Below are positions 30,254-40,750 of a stretch of 64,000 nt of DNA, in pieces (position 1 is the first letter of the stretch; the number at the start of each line of letters is the position of its first letter). Made by a program: the position numbers and the translations under genes. The notes beneath the pieces are model-generated. The model made no database searches and was not told the DNA's origin. It saw only the letters and a list, made by a program, of their open reading frames with translations. Source of the stretch: an uncultured Flavobacteriaceae bacterium (GTDB lineage Bacteria; Bacteroidota; Bacteroidia; Flavobacteriales; Flavobacteriaceae); NCBI GenBank assembly GCA_963815305.1, contig CAWFFW010000002.1:506279-570278 (forward strand). Reading direction: 5' to 3'.

Positions 30254-31786
30254 ATGAGCAAAAACAAAACCATTAAATCGGCATTAATATCAGTATTTAG
30301 TAAAGACGGATTAGAACCTATTGTAAAAGAATTAAACAAACAAAGTGTAACCCTGTACTCAACAGGTGGTACTGAGAAATTTATTAAGGATTTAGGTATT
30401 GATGTTGTTGCTGTTGAAGATGTAACGTCCTACCCTTCTATTCTTGGTGGGCGAGTAAAAACGTTGCATCCAAAAGTTTTTGGTGGTATTTTAAACAGAC
30501 AAAATCATGATGGAGACGTTGCTGAATTAGCCGAATACCAGATTCCACAAATTGATGTGGTTATTGTTGATTTATATCCTTTTGAAAAAACGGTAGCTTC
30601 GGGTGCTAGCAATCAAGATATTATTGAAAAAATAGATATTGGTGGTATTTCTTTAATTCGTGCTGCTGCAAAAAATTATGCTGATGTCATTTGCGTGTCT
30701 TCCGTTGATGATTATGCAGCGTTTTTAGAATTGATTTCTGCCAACAACGGAAGTATTTCTGAAGAAGACAGAAAACGTTTTGCAGGAAAAGCGTTTAATG
30801 TATCATCGCATTACGACACCGCTATTTTTAATTATTTTAATAAAGACCATAATGAAGCTGTTTTAAAAATTAGCGAAACCAACGGAAAGATATTACGTTA
30901 CGGTGAAAATCCCCACCAAAAAGGGTTTTTCTTTGGGGATTTTGATGCGTTGTTTACTAAGCTCCACGGTAAAGAATTAAGTTATAATAACCTTTTAGAT
31001 GTTGATGCTGCTGTAAATTTAATGTTAGAGTTTAAAAATGACGCACCTACTTTTGCTGTTTTAAAACATAATAATGCCTGTGGTTTAGCGCAACGAGATA
31101 CTTTACATCAAGCTTATGTTGATGCCTTAGCGGGTGATCCCGTTTCAGCTTTTGGTGGGGTTTTAATTAGTAACAAAGAGATTGATTTGGCTACTGCTGA
31201 GGAAATACACAAATTATTCTGTGAGGTGGTTATTGCGCCTTCATTTGCTGCAGATGCTTTAGCGGTTTTAAAAGGCAAAAAGAATAGAATTTTACTTGAA
31301 ATTCATGATGTTGAAATGCCTAAAACTAATGTGAGAAGTTGTTTAAATGGTGTTTTGGTGCAGGATAGAAATAATATTACTGATAAAGCGGAACATTTAA
31401 AAACTGTTACTAATACTGCGCCTACCAATAACCAAATTGAGGATTTATTGTTTGCGTCAAAAATTTGCAAACACACAAAGTCGAATACTATTGTTTTGGT
31501 AAAAGGCAAACAATTATGTGCTAGCGGAACAGGCCAAACTAGTCGGGTTGATGCGTTAGAGCAGGCCATACATAAAGCCCAATCTTTTAAGTTCGATTTA
31601 ACTGGTGCAGCCATGGCAAGTGATGCTTTTTTCCCATTTCCAGATTGTGTTGAAATTGCAAAAAATGCTGGTATTGCATCGGTAATTCAACCTGGAGGTT
31701 CTATAAAAGACCAATTGAGTATTGATTATTGTAATGCAAATAATGTGACTATGGTGATGACGGGAACACGCCATTTTAAACATTAA
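30254..31786 (+). CDS. purH: Bifunctional AICAR transformylase / IMP cyclohydrolase PurH
   Basis: 510 aa with an MGS-like N-domain (ALISVFSKDGL) and the AICARFT domain (KHNNACG). Confidence 0.95.
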   Translation: MSKNKTIKSALISVFSKDGLEPIVKELNKQSVTLYSTGGTEKFIKDLGIDVVAVEDVTSYPSILGGRVKTLHPKVFGGILNRQNHDGDVAELAEYQIPQIDVVIVDLYPFEKTVASGASNQDIIEKIDIGGISLIRAAAKNYADVICVSSVDDYAAFLELISANNGSISEEDRKRFAGKAFNVSSHYDTAIFNYFNKDHNEAVLKISETNGKILRYGENPHQKGFFFGDFDALFTKLHGKELSYNNLLDVDAAVNLMLEFKNDAPTFAVLKHNNACGLAQRDTLHQAYVDALAGDPVSAFGGVLISNKEIDLATAEEIHKLFCEVVIAPSFAADALAVLKGKKNRILLEIHDVEMPKTNVRSCLNGVLVQDRNNITDKAEHLKTVTNTAPTNNQIEDLLFASKICKHTKSNTIVLVKGKQLCASGTGQTSRVDALEQAIHKAQSFKFDLTGAAMASDAFFPFPDCVEIAKNAGIASVIQPGGSIKDQLSIDYCNANNVTMVMTGTRHFKH

Positions 31787-31808
31787 TGTAAACTCGAATT
31801 TGTAGCAC

Positions 31809-31963
31809 ACGTTAGGGATTGTTGTGGAAATCCTTTTTTGTGTTTTCTTGATATTTAATTTTATAACGTTTACAATAATTGTAACGTACTTGATGAGGCA
31901 ATGAAATAAATAGAACACAAAAAAGATTGTAACATAAAGCCCGACCCGATAGGGAACGCCCAA
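31809..31963 (-). repeat. Copy 3 (inverted) of the four-copy ~157-bp intergenic element
   Basis: The plus strand reads ACGTTAGGGATTGTTGTGGAAATCCTTTTTTGTGTT ... AACACAAAAAAGATTGTAACATAAAGCCCGACCCGATAGGGAACGCCCAA. Confidence 0.85.
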
Positions 31964-32102
31964 AAATAATTCGTTAAAATGCACTAAAATGATTGACTTT
32001 AATTGTTTACAAAATTTGAAGACTTATAAAACATATATATTTATCAACTTTTATTACATTTACAAGATTCGTTTTTAAACCACTTAAAATTATTAAAAGC
32101 AC

Positions 32103-33131
32103 ATGGGATTTTTTGACTTCCTAACCGAAGAAATTGCAATTGATTTAGGGACTGCAAATACACTTATTATTCATAACGACAAAGTTGTTGTTGATGCACC
32201 TTCTATAGTAGCACGTGATCGAATTTCTGGCAAAATAATTGCCGTTGGTCAAGAAGCTAGTTTAATGCAAGGTAAAACCCATGAAAATATTAAAACGATA
32301 AGGCCATTAAAAGATGGTGTAATTGCTGATTTTGATGCGTCTGAGCAAATGATAAGTATGTTTATTAAAAATATACCTGCTTTAAAAAAGAAGTTTTTCA
32401 CGCCTGCACTTCGTATGGTTATTTGTATTCCGTCTGGTATTACTGAGGTTGAAATGCGTGCGGTAAAAGAAAGTGCCGAACGTGTTAATGGTAAAGAAGT
32501 GTATTTAATACACGAACCTATGGCAGCAGCTATTGGTATTGGTGTTGATATTATGCAACCTAAAGGCAACATGGTGGTTGATATAGGAGGTGGTACTACT
32601 GAAATTGCTGTTATTGCATTAGGTGGTATAGTTTGTGATAAATCGGTTAAAATAGCGGGCGACGTTTTTACTAATGATATTGTGTATTACATGCGCACGC
32701 AACACAACTTGTATGTTGGTGAACGCACTGCCGAAAAAATAAAAATACAAATTGGTGCAGCTACCGAAGATTTGGAGTTGCCACCAGAAGATATGAGCGT
32801 ACAAGGGCGGGATTTGTTAACAGGAAAACCAAAGCAGGTTTCTATTTCTTATCGTGAAATTGCCAAAGCTTTAGATAAATCTATTCTTCGAATCGAAGAT
32901 GCTGTTATGGAAACTTTATCTCAAACGCCTCCAGAATTAGCTGCTGATATTTACAATACGGGTATTTATTTAGCTGGTGGTGGATCTATGCTTCGTGGTT
33001 TAGATAAACGTTTATCTCAAAAAACAGATCTACCTGTTTACATAGCTGAAGACCCTTTAAGAGCAGTAGTTAGAGGTACAGGTATTACACTTAAAAATTT
33101 ACCTAAATACAAAAGTGTTTTGATTAAATAG
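32103..33131 (+). CDS. mreB: Rod shape-determining protein MreB
   Basis: Actin-like motifs IDLGTANTLI, DIGGGTTE and YLAGGGSMLRGL. Confidence 0.97.
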   Translation: MGFFDFLTEEIAIDLGTANTLIIHNDKVVVDAPSIVARDRISGKIIAVGQEASLMQGKTHENIKTIRPLKDGVIADFDASEQMISMFIKNIPALKKKFFTPALRMVICIPSGITEVEMRAVKESAERVNGKEVYLIHEPMAAAIGIGVDIMQPKGNMVVDIGGGTTEIAVIALGGIVCDKSVKIAGDVFTNDIVYYMRTQHNLYVGERTAEKIKIQIGAATEDLELPPEDMSVQGRDLLTGKPKQVSISYREIAKALDKSILRIEDAVMETLSQTPPELAADIYNTGIYLAGGGSMLRGLDKRLSQKTDLPVYIAEDPLRAVVRGTGITLKNLPKYKSVLIK

Positions 33132-33143
33132 CCAGAATAAATC

Positions 33144-33959
33144 ATGCAACAGATTATTAATTTTATAATAAGAAACAAAACGTTTTTGTTATTCTTGTTG
33201 CTGTTCTCTGTTTCTGTTTTATTTACCATTCAATCGCATTCTTACCATAAAAGTAAATTTATAAGTTCGGCTAATTTTTTAACGGGAGGTGTCTATAATT
33301 CTATAAATAACCTATCTCAATATTTCAATTTAAAATCTCAAAACGAAATACTTTCTGTAGAAAATAATCGATTAAAATCACTTTTATTCAATGCCGAAAA
33401 CAAAAAAGATTCAGTATATATTGATAGCTTATCTTTTAATAAAAACTATAAGTTTATATCAGGCCATGTAATAAGAAATAGTTACTCTGCTTCAGATAAT
33501 TACTTACTAATAAACAAAGGACAAAACGATGGCTTAAAGCAGGACTTAGGCGTTATTTCAAACAAGGGTATCATTGGTATTATTGATAAAACAAGTCAAA
33601 ATTATGCTACAGTAATTTCTATTTTAAACACAACAAGCCGTATAAGTGCGCAATTGCAAAAAACAAATCATTATGGCTCGTTAACTTGGAATGTTAAAAA
33701 TCCTAATATTGTTCAACTTACCGATATTCAAAAAAATGCTAAAGTAACTATTGGAGATACCATATCAACCTCGGGGCGCTCATCTATTTTTCCAAAAAAT
33801 ATTCTTATTGGAACTGTTGAAGATTTTAAATTAGACGTTGCTGAAAATTATTATGAAATTGACGTTAAACTATTTAACGACATGACTAATATTGAGCATG
33901 TTTACATTATAGAAAATACCGACATAGAAGAAATTACTAATTTATTGAAACCTAACTAA
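33144..33959 (+). CDS. mreC: Rod shape-determining protein MreC
   Basis: N-terminal TM helix, coiled coil and beta-barrel region. It sits between mreB and mreD. Confidence 0.85.
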   Translation: MQQIINFIIRNKTFLLFLLLFSVSVLFTIQSHSYHKSKFISSANFLTGGVYNSINNLSQYFNLKSQNEILSVENNRLKSLLFNAENKKDSVYIDSLSFNKNYKFISGHVIRNSYSASDNYLLINKGQNDGLKQDLGVISNKGIIGIIDKTSQNYATVISILNTTSRISAQLQKTNHYGSLTWNVKNPNIVQLTDIQKNAKVTIGDTISTSGRSSIFPKNILIGTVEDFKLDVAENYYEIDVKLFNDMTNIEHVYIIENTDIEEITNLLKPN

Positions 33960-34466
33960 ATGAATAGTATTGTTTCGTTAAATAGTCTTCGATTTGCAGT
34001 ACTTGTGTTATTGCAAGTACTAATTTGTAATCATATAAATTTTATGGGCTATATTAATCCCTATATTTATATATTATTTATTGTTCTATACCCCACAAAA
34101 AACAATCGTCTTATACTTATAGTTTTAAGTTTTTTACTTGGTTTATCTATTGATTTATTTTCAGATTCAGGTGGTACACATGCAGCGGCATCCGTTTTTA
34201 TTGCTTACATAAGGCCCGTTATTTTAAGATATGCCTTTGGAGTACAATATGAAAACTATGCTATAAAATTTCAGAATGTAGAATTTGGAGCAAAACTAAC
34301 TTATATTACACTGTTAACATTACTTCACCATATTGTTTTATTTTCTTTAGAAATATTTAGTATTTCTAGAATACTTTTAATGCTTCAAAAATCGTTATTC
34401 TCAAGTATATTTACTATTTTATTATGCTTTTTAATAACTACTATTTTTAGTCGAAAAACCAAATGA
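33960..34466 (+). CDS. mreD: Rod shape-determining protein MreD
   Basis: 168-aa polytopic membrane protein. It starts directly after the mreC stop and overlaps mrdA by 4 nt. Confidence 0.75.
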   Translation: MNSIVSLNSLRFAVLVLLQVLICNHINFMGYINPYIYILFIVLYPTKNNRLILIVLSFLLGLSIDLFSDSGGTHAAASVFIAYIRPVILRYAFGVQYENYAIKFQNVEFGAKLTYITLLTLLHHIVLFSLEIFSISRILLMLQKSLFSSIFTILLCFLITTIFSRKTK

Positions 34467-36400
34467 GACAATTTTTACTTTTTTTTTCAATCATTCTTGT
34501 AGGCCTGTTGTTTTTATCACGACTTTTCTACTTGCAAGTTTATAGCTCAAATGAACATAATTTATTAGATGATAATGCCATTAGAAAAGTTTATGATTAC
34601 CCAAAACGCGGTTTTGTTTATGACAGAAATGGCAAATTATTAGTCGCCAATCAGCCATCCTACGATGTAATGGTTATACCTAGAGAAGTTGAAGAATTTG
34701 ATGTTCAAGAATTTTGTAAACTTTTAAAAATAGATGAAGAAGAGTACAATAAAAAACTAAAACGTGCCTATACGTATTCACCTAGGTTACCTTCAGTTTT
34801 TATATCGCATTTATCAAAAAAGGATTATGCCATATTACAAGAAAAAATGCGAAAATTTGGTGGTTTTTACATTCAAAAACGCTCTTTACGCCATTATGAA
34901 ATCTCCATTGGTGCTAACGTTTTAGGAGATATAGGTGAAGTTAACAATGGTGATTTAAAAAAAGACCAATATTATGAATCGGGAGATTTAAAAGGTAAAC
35001 AAGGTGTTGAGGCTTCTTATGAAGAAATACTTAGAGGTGTAAAAGGGATTAAACATATTTTAAGAGATCGATTTAATAGAAATATCGGGCCTTTTAAAGA
35101 AGGAAAATATGATACATTACCCAAACAAGGTAAAGATATTACCATAACGATTGATGCCGATTTACAAGCCTATGGCGAATTGTTGATGAAAAACAAACGT
35201 GGCGGCGTAATCGCTATTGAGCCTGCAACGGGAGAAATACTGGCCATGATTTCTGCGCCATCTTACGACCCCAATATTTTGGTTGGTAGAGACCGCTCGA
35301 AAAATTTTACAACACTTTATTATGATACCATAGCTAAACCTTTATTTGATAGAGGTTTGAAAGCACAATATCCTCCAGGATCACCTTTTAAAGTCTTAAA
35401 TGCCTTAGTGGGACTACAAGAACAGGTGGTTACAACTGACGAAAAATTTGGTTGTAGAATGGGCTATTATTTGGGCAGCAGAAAACTTACAGGATGTCAT
35501 CATCACAGAACACCGTTAGATATGAATGACGGTATAGCACAATCATGTAATTCGTATTTTGCTAATGTTTATAGAAGAATAATTGATAAATATGACAAAC
35601 CCCACAAAGGTATGGATGTTTGGAGTAACCATATTAAAAGTTTTGGTCTGGGAAATTATTTGGGCTACGACTTAAAAATTGGAAACAAAGGACGTATTCC
35701 AGATGGCGATTTTTACGATAATTGGTATGGAAAAAACAGGTGGGCTTCAACGTATAATATTTCTAATGCTATTGGACAAGGTGAAGTAGAAGCTACTCCT
35801 ATTCAATTGGCAAATATGGTTGCAGCTATAGCCAATAGAGGTTACTATTATACCCCTCACATTATTAAATCTATTGAAGGTGAAACTATTGATGAAAATT
35901 ATACAACACCGAAATATACCACTATCAAAAAAGAACATTTTCAACCAGTAGTACAAGGCATGTTCGATGTTTTTAACAAAGGTACTGCAGCATCATTAAG
36001 AGTAAAAGATATTGAAATATGTGGTAAAACAGGAACTGCCGAAAATTTTATGAAAATTGATAGTTTAAAAACACAATTAACAGACCATTCTATATTTGTG
36101 GCTTTTGCACCAAAAGATAACCCTAAAATAGCCATTGCGGTATTTGTAGAAAATGGGTATTGGGGAAGCCGTTATGCTGGAAAAATAGCTAGTTTAATGA
36201 TTGAAAAACATATTAAAGGAGAGATAACTAGAATAGATTTAGAAGAATGGCTTTTAAAACATACGTTGGAAGCTGAATATGCAAAGCCACATAGTGGAGC
36301 GCCATTTAAAATAAATCAAGACATAACGCAAATTGTAGACGAAAAAGAATATTACAAATTGAAACAACAACTCAATTATTTAAAAAACAGTTCTAATTAA
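34463..36400 (+). CDS. mrdA: Penicillin-binding protein 2 (elongasome transpeptidase)
   Basis: SxxK (GSPFK), SxN (SCN) and KTG (KTGTA) motifs. Confidence 0.92.
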   Translation: MRQFLLFFSIILVGLLFLSRLFYLQVYSSNEHNLLDDNAIRKVYDYPKRGFVYDRNGKLLVANQPSYDVMVIPREVEEFDVQEFCKLLKIDEEEYNKKLKRAYTYSPRLPSVFISHLSKKDYAILQEKMRKFGGFYIQKRSLRHYEISIGANVLGDIGEVNNGDLKKDQYYESGDLKGKQGVEASYEEILRGVKGIKHILRDRFNRNIGPFKEGKYDTLPKQGKDITITIDADLQAYGELLMKNKRGGVIAIEPATGEILAMISAPSYDPNILVGRDRSKNFTTLYYDTIAKPLFDRGLKAQYPPGSPFKVLNALVGLQEQVVTTDEKFGCRMGYYLGSRKLTGCHHHRTPLDMNDGIAQSCNSYFANVYRRIIDKYDKPHKGMDVWSNHIKSFGLGNYLGYDLKIGNKGRIPDGDFYDNWYGKNRWASTYNISNAIGQGEVEATPIQLANMVAAIANRGYYYTPHIIKSIEGETIDENYTTPKYTTIKKEHFQPVVQGMFDVFNKGTAASLRVKDIEICGKTGTAENFMKIDSLKTQLTDHSIFVAFAPKDNPKIAIAVFVENGYWGSRYAGKIASLMIEKHIKGEITRIDLEEWLLKHTLEAEYAKPHSGAPFKINQDITQIVDEKEYYKLKQQLNYLKNSSN

Positions 36401-37677
36401 TGGTTAGAGAAACAAACAGGTATTTTCATTTTGATTGGATCACCATTATTCTTTTTTTTCTTTTAGTTGGTTTTGGCTGGTTAAATATATTGTCTGCTTC
36501 TCATTCGGGTGATACTATTAATTATTTCGATTTTTCTCAATCTTACGGAAAACAACTCATATTTATCTTTTTAACTTTTGGTTTAATCATCATATTATTA
36601 GCCATAGATGCAAAGTTTTATGAACGGTTTTCTGGCGTTATTTATACGGTGTCTATGCTTTCGTTAATTGGCCTTTTTATATTTGGAAAAAATGTAAATG
36701 GTGCTACATCATGGTATGCCATTGGAGGCATGACCCTACAACCCAGTGAGTTTGCAAAAGCCGCAACAGCCTTAGCAGTTGCCAAACATATTAGTGATTT
36801 AAACACCAATATAAACATCTTTAAAGACCAAATACGAGCATTTATCATTATAATTATTCCTGCAATCTTAGTGATATTGCAAAATGATACGGGTAGCACT
36901 ATTGTGTATGGTGCTTTCTTTTTTGTTTTATATAGAGAGGGGCTTCCAAAATATTATTTGTTTATTGGGCTTTCAGTAATAATAATCTCCATACTCGCTT
37001 TAAAATTTGGGACTATCATAACAGCAATAATTACTACTACTTTAGTAATTGGCTATCATTTTTCAAGCAAAAAAAAGTTAAGAATATTTCAGTCTTTGTT
37101 TATTTTAATGCTCACATTCGCATTAGCCTTTGCTGTGAAATATGTTTATAGCGATATTTTACCACCGCATCAAAAAGATAGAATTACTATTTGGTTAAGC
37201 TTAGAACAAGACCCTATAAAGCTGGAGCAAATGAAACAAACTATTGCTTATAATTTAAATGAATCTGAAAAAGCAATCAGTTCTGGTGGTTTTACTGGAA
37301 AAGGTTTTATGGAAGGCACAAGAACTACCGGTAAGTTTGTGCCCGAACAGCACACCGATTATATTTTTAGTACTGTTGGCGAGGAATGGGGCTTTCTGGG
37401 GAGTGCTTTTGTTGTTATTATTTTTGTTTTACTCTTACTGCGTATTCTTCATTTAGCTGAATTACAAAAATCGCAGTTTAGTAGGGTTTATGGATATAGC
37501 GTTGCTGCAATTATATTTATCCATTTTTTCATAAATATTGGTATGGTCATGGGCATTATCCCAACCATTGGGATTCCGTTACCGCTATTTAGTTATGGTG
37601 GATCAGGACTTTGGGCATTCACTATTTTAATTTTTATTTTTATTAAACTAGATTCCAATAGAATTAACGAATGGTAA
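36400..37677 (+). CDS. rodA: SEDS-family peptidoglycan polymerase RodA
   Basis: 425-aa polytopic protein with PEQHTDYIFS and GIPLPLFSYGGS motifs. The ATG overlaps the mrdA stop. Confidence 0.92.
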   Translation: MVRETNRYFHFDWITIILFFLLVGFGWLNILSASHSGDTINYFDFSQSYGKQLIFIFLTFGLIIILLAIDAKFYERFSGVIYTVSMLSLIGLFIFGKNVNGATSWYAIGGMTLQPSEFAKAATALAVAKHISDLNTNINIFKDQIRAFIIIIIPAILVILQNDTGSTIVYGAFFFVLYREGLPKYYLFIGLSVIIISILALKFGTIITAIITTTLVIGYHFSSKKKLRIFQSLFILMLTFALAFAVKYVYSDILPPHQKDRITIWLSLEQDPIKLEQMKQTIAYNLNESEKAISSGGFTGKGFMEGTRTTGKFVPEQHTDYIFSTVGEEWGFLGSAFVVIIFVLLLLRILHLAELQKSQFSRVYGYSVAAIIFIHFFINIGMVMGIIPTIGIPLPLFSYGGSGLWAFTILIFIFIKLDSNRINEW

Positions 37678-37744
37678 GCCACAAAGTTTTTTGGTTATCT
37701 CTCTCAAATGAAAAAAATAGTCGACTTTTAATGATTTCACTCAA

Positions 37745-38371
37745 ATGAAAAATATAATCACTCTTTTTATTATAAGCTTAATATTTATTGGGTGTTCTGG
37801 AACTAAAAGTATTAAGTATACTAATTTCTCAAAAGAAAATACACTGCGTATTACAAATGCAAATTCATTAACACCCATGCGGATTTATAAAATAACCAAT
37901 AAAGCCGACTCGCTTTTGTTAAGAAAAAAAAGTAGTCCTATAAAAGCTAATCCAAATGATGTGATTTTGCAACAATTTGTAAAACGCCTTTATGCCACCG
38001 TTACAGATAGTTTGAATATGGGCGTTGGCATTGCAGCACCACAGGTTGGTATTTTAAGAAACATTATTTGGGTACAACGTTTGGATAAAGACAACTTACC
38101 TTTTGAGGTGTATTTAAATCCAGAAATAACAAACTATTCTGAAGAAAAACAAAGGGTTCGTGAGGGCTGCATATCAATTCCTGATAGGTTTGAAGTTTTG
38201 AATAGTAGATCAAAATTTATAACTATTGCCTATGATACCATGCAAGGGGAACATAAAATCGAAACTATTGAAGGGTTTACATCGGTTATTTTTCAGCATG
38301 AAATTGACCATTTAAAGGGTATTTTATATTTAGATCATTTAGCTAAGGAACTACGTGAAGTAGACCAATAA
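37745..38371 (+). CDS. def: Peptide deformylase homolog with a predicted lipoprotein signal peptide
   Basis: All three PDF motifs are present: GVGIAAPQVG, EGCISIP and HEIDHLKG. The ORF opens with MKNIITLFIISLIFIGCSG. An internal ATG at 37877 (MRIYKI) would give a canonical-length PDF. Confidence 0.8.
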   Translation: MKNIITLFIISLIFIGCSGTKSIKYTNFSKENTLRITNANSLTPMRIYKITNKADSLLLRKKSSPIKANPNDVILQQFVKRLYATVTDSLNMGVGIAAPQVGILRNIIWVQRLDKDNLPFEVYLNPEITNYSEEKQRVREGCISIPDRFEVLNSRSKFITIAYDTMQGEHKIETIEGFTSVIFQHEIDHLKGILYLDHLAKELREVDQ

Positions 38372-38869
38372 ATTCTTAACCAGATATTGGGTTAAATATC
38401 TTCTTTTTCATAAAAGTACTAACAAATATTCAATATTTAGAAATATAAATTTTTCTTAAATTAATTTTAAAAACTTGATTTTTATTTTAAAACTCACTGA
38501 AGTAAATTAAATTAAAGTATTTTAATAGAACATAATATCAAAGCCATAAAGATGATATTTTATTGTTTAACTTAATCTTATGCTTTTCTTTTGTTCTTTC
38601 TGATTAATAATTTAATTTAGTGATGTACAAACTCACATCGTTTATCGAACAGTGTATTCATTACAACCTAACTATTTTTTACATGGGTACTTGTTACCTA
38701 AATCTAGCAGAACATAATAAGATGAAACCTAAAGGTTATCTGCAAATTTAACAGGAATTGTTGTACCTAAAATTTGATATTCATCAGAATTTTAAAGTAA
38801 ATACAATAAATTATAATAAACAATTACCAAATGTCCAACGACTATTAAAATTTATAAAAACAAATTGAA

Positions 38870-40750
38870 ATGAACTTTTTATCAAATATAAACTTTAACC
38901 AAGCCATTTTAATATTAAGCCTGATAGTAACTTCATATTTAGGTTTACATGATATTTCATCACAAAACCCATTTATGCCTCCAACTGCATTTATACCAGA
39001 TGGAGAACCTCATGTATTTGACTATCATGGAGAAAAACGCCTGTTCGTTTATGGCTCCCGAGATGAGCGTGTAACAGATTTTTGTGGCTATGGCCATGAT
39101 GTATGGTCAGCCTCTGTAAATAACCTAACAAAATGGACCAATCACGGAGAGGCTTTTCATGTAAAACAGGTTTGGGATATTGGATACGGAATTGTAGACG
39201 AACAACATTTTGGAGCTCCTGATTGCGTTTACAATCCAATTACAAAAAAGTATTATTTATATACATTTTTGGGAGCTCCTTACAAAATGAATGGTAAACA
39301 AGGGCCATCATTCGTATCTGTAAATTATGTGCCTGGATTTGAAGACCATGGTCCAAAATGTGTGGTTGCCGAAAGTGATAGTCCAACGGGGCCATTCAAA
39401 AACCCAATAATGTGCGATTGGCCACCAGCAAATAGTGCTGGGACCTTCGATCCATCTGTAATTGTAGACCAACAGGAAGATGGATCCATTAGGGTATATG
39501 CCTTTTGGGGTATGAAAAAGGGTGACCGCTGGGCAGAGATTGACCCCATAGATATGCATACTATCATTAATCCCAAAACTAGAAAACCAGACCAGAATGC
39601 TTGGCAACAAACCCTCAATCCTGCATATACAGCATCAACATTATTTGAAGCATCGTCAATTAAGAAAATTGATACTGACCATTACGTGTTTATTTATTCA
39701 TCTAACGAATTGAAAAGCGGGTTAACATATTGTTATGCAACCAGTCCTGAAGGGCCTTGGACTTATGGAGGAATAATTGTGCAAAATGGTATTAACTGGT
39801 TAGGTGGTAATAATCATGGAAGTATTGTAAAAGTACTGGACAAATGGTACGTAGTATACCATAAAGCCACTATTAACAGTAAGAATCGGCAAGCTATGAT
39901 TGAACCCATTGAGGTAAATATAGAAGGTGATAAAGTAATAATACCTCAGGTAGAAATGACCTCTCAAGGGGTAAATACTAACGGGCTTAATGCCTTTAAT
40001 CGTTACAACGCCCATATCGTATGCTATAGAACAAATAATGCTTATATAGATGGACTAGTAAGACATGAAGCTGGATTAAATCCAATAAGAGGATTGGACG
40101 GTCCTAGTACCACAATTGGATTTAAGTATTTCAATTTCGGAACAAAGCAAGAAACGGATAAAGATGATTTAATGTTAAAGTTAAACTGTAAAATTCATCA
40201 TCCATTGACCGTGAGTGTATTTGTATCTAAACCTAACCATACTAAATCTAACCATACTAAATCTAACAAAAAATGGATTTTAATTGGTGAACATCTTATT
40301 TCGGATAATTTTAATCCTAATGAATTTAAAGATTATTCGATTCCAATGAATAGAATTTTAAATAATGAAGAATTAGAAAACGTAGGAGGACTTCAAGATA
40401 AAATGGCCGTTTTTATAACATTTTCAGGTAAGGAAAAAAATTTATGTGAGTTGATTGAACTTGAATTTTTAAAAGGAAATCATGCAACTCCAAATCCCCT
40501 AAATATTATAAAAATCAAGGATAAAAATAAGGTTAAAATTGTTTCAACACCGAAAATGGCAAGAAAAGGAGAATCTGTAAAACTAAGTATTGAACCTGAA
40601 AGCAATTATATAATTGAAAATTTGAAGGTAATTGACGGTAACGGAAAAAACATAACAGTAAGTCCAAATAATAAAGGCTTGTATGCGCCTATATCTTTTA
40701 ACTTTTTTATGCCAAACTCACCGGTAACTGTTGAATTCGAAGTCAAATAA
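38870..40750 (+). CDS. Secreted GH43-like glycoside hydrolase with C-terminal beta-sandwich domains
   Basis: Five-bladed-propeller motifs: IPDGEPHVF...YGSRD, GAPDCVY, FDPSV, LFEASS. The N-terminus is hydrophobic and signal-like. Confidence 0.65.
   Translation: MNFLSNINFNQAILILSLIVTSYLGLHDISSQNPFMPPTAFIPDGEPHVFDYHGEKRLFVYGSRDERVTDFCGYGHDVWSASVNNLTKWTNHGEAFHVKQVWDIGYGIVDEQHFGAPDCVYNPITKKYYLYTFLGAPYKMNGKQGPSFVSVNYVPGFEDHGPKCVVAESDSPTGPFKNPIMCDWPPANSAGTFDPSVIVDQQEDGSIRVYAFWGMKKGDRWAEIDPIDMHTIINPKTRKPDQNAWQQTLNPAYTASTLFEASSIKKIDTDHYVFIYSSNELKSGLTYCYATSPEGPWTYGGIIVQNGINWLGGNNHGSIVKVLDKWYVVYHKATINSKNRQAMIEPIEVNIEGDKVIIPQVEMTSQGVNTNGLNAFNRYNAHIVCYRTNNAYIDGLVRHEAGLNPIRGLDGPSTTIGFKYFNFGTKQETDKDDLMLKLNCKIHHPLTVSVFVSKPNHTKSNHTKSNKKWILIGEHLISDNFNPNEFKDYSIPMNRILNNEELENVGGLQDKMAVFITFSGKEKNLCELIELEFLKGNHATPNPLNIIKIKDKNKVKIVSTPKMARKGESVKLSIEPESNYIIENLKVIDGNGKNITVSPNNKGLYAPISFNFFMPNSPVTVEFEVK
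40233..40267 (+). repeat. In-frame 15-bp tandem duplication inside the GH43-like gene
   Basis: CTAACCATACTAAAT occurs twice, followed by a partial CTAAC. It encodes NHTKS-NHTKS-N. Confidence 0.9.

Noticed and set aside
31598-31984. 128-aa minus-strand ORF. Other ORFs (1561-1758, 26097-26369, 26184-26417, 48044-48226) also overlap copies of the 157-bp element.
   Set aside because: Their frames are not conserved between the four copies. They overlap real gene ends or are open only because of the repeat sequence.
39308-39618. Two overlapping ~100-aa minus-strand ORFs inside the GH43-like gene.
   Set aside because: They are antisense to a motif-supported coding frame. They are better explained by the locally higher GC content that removes stop codons.
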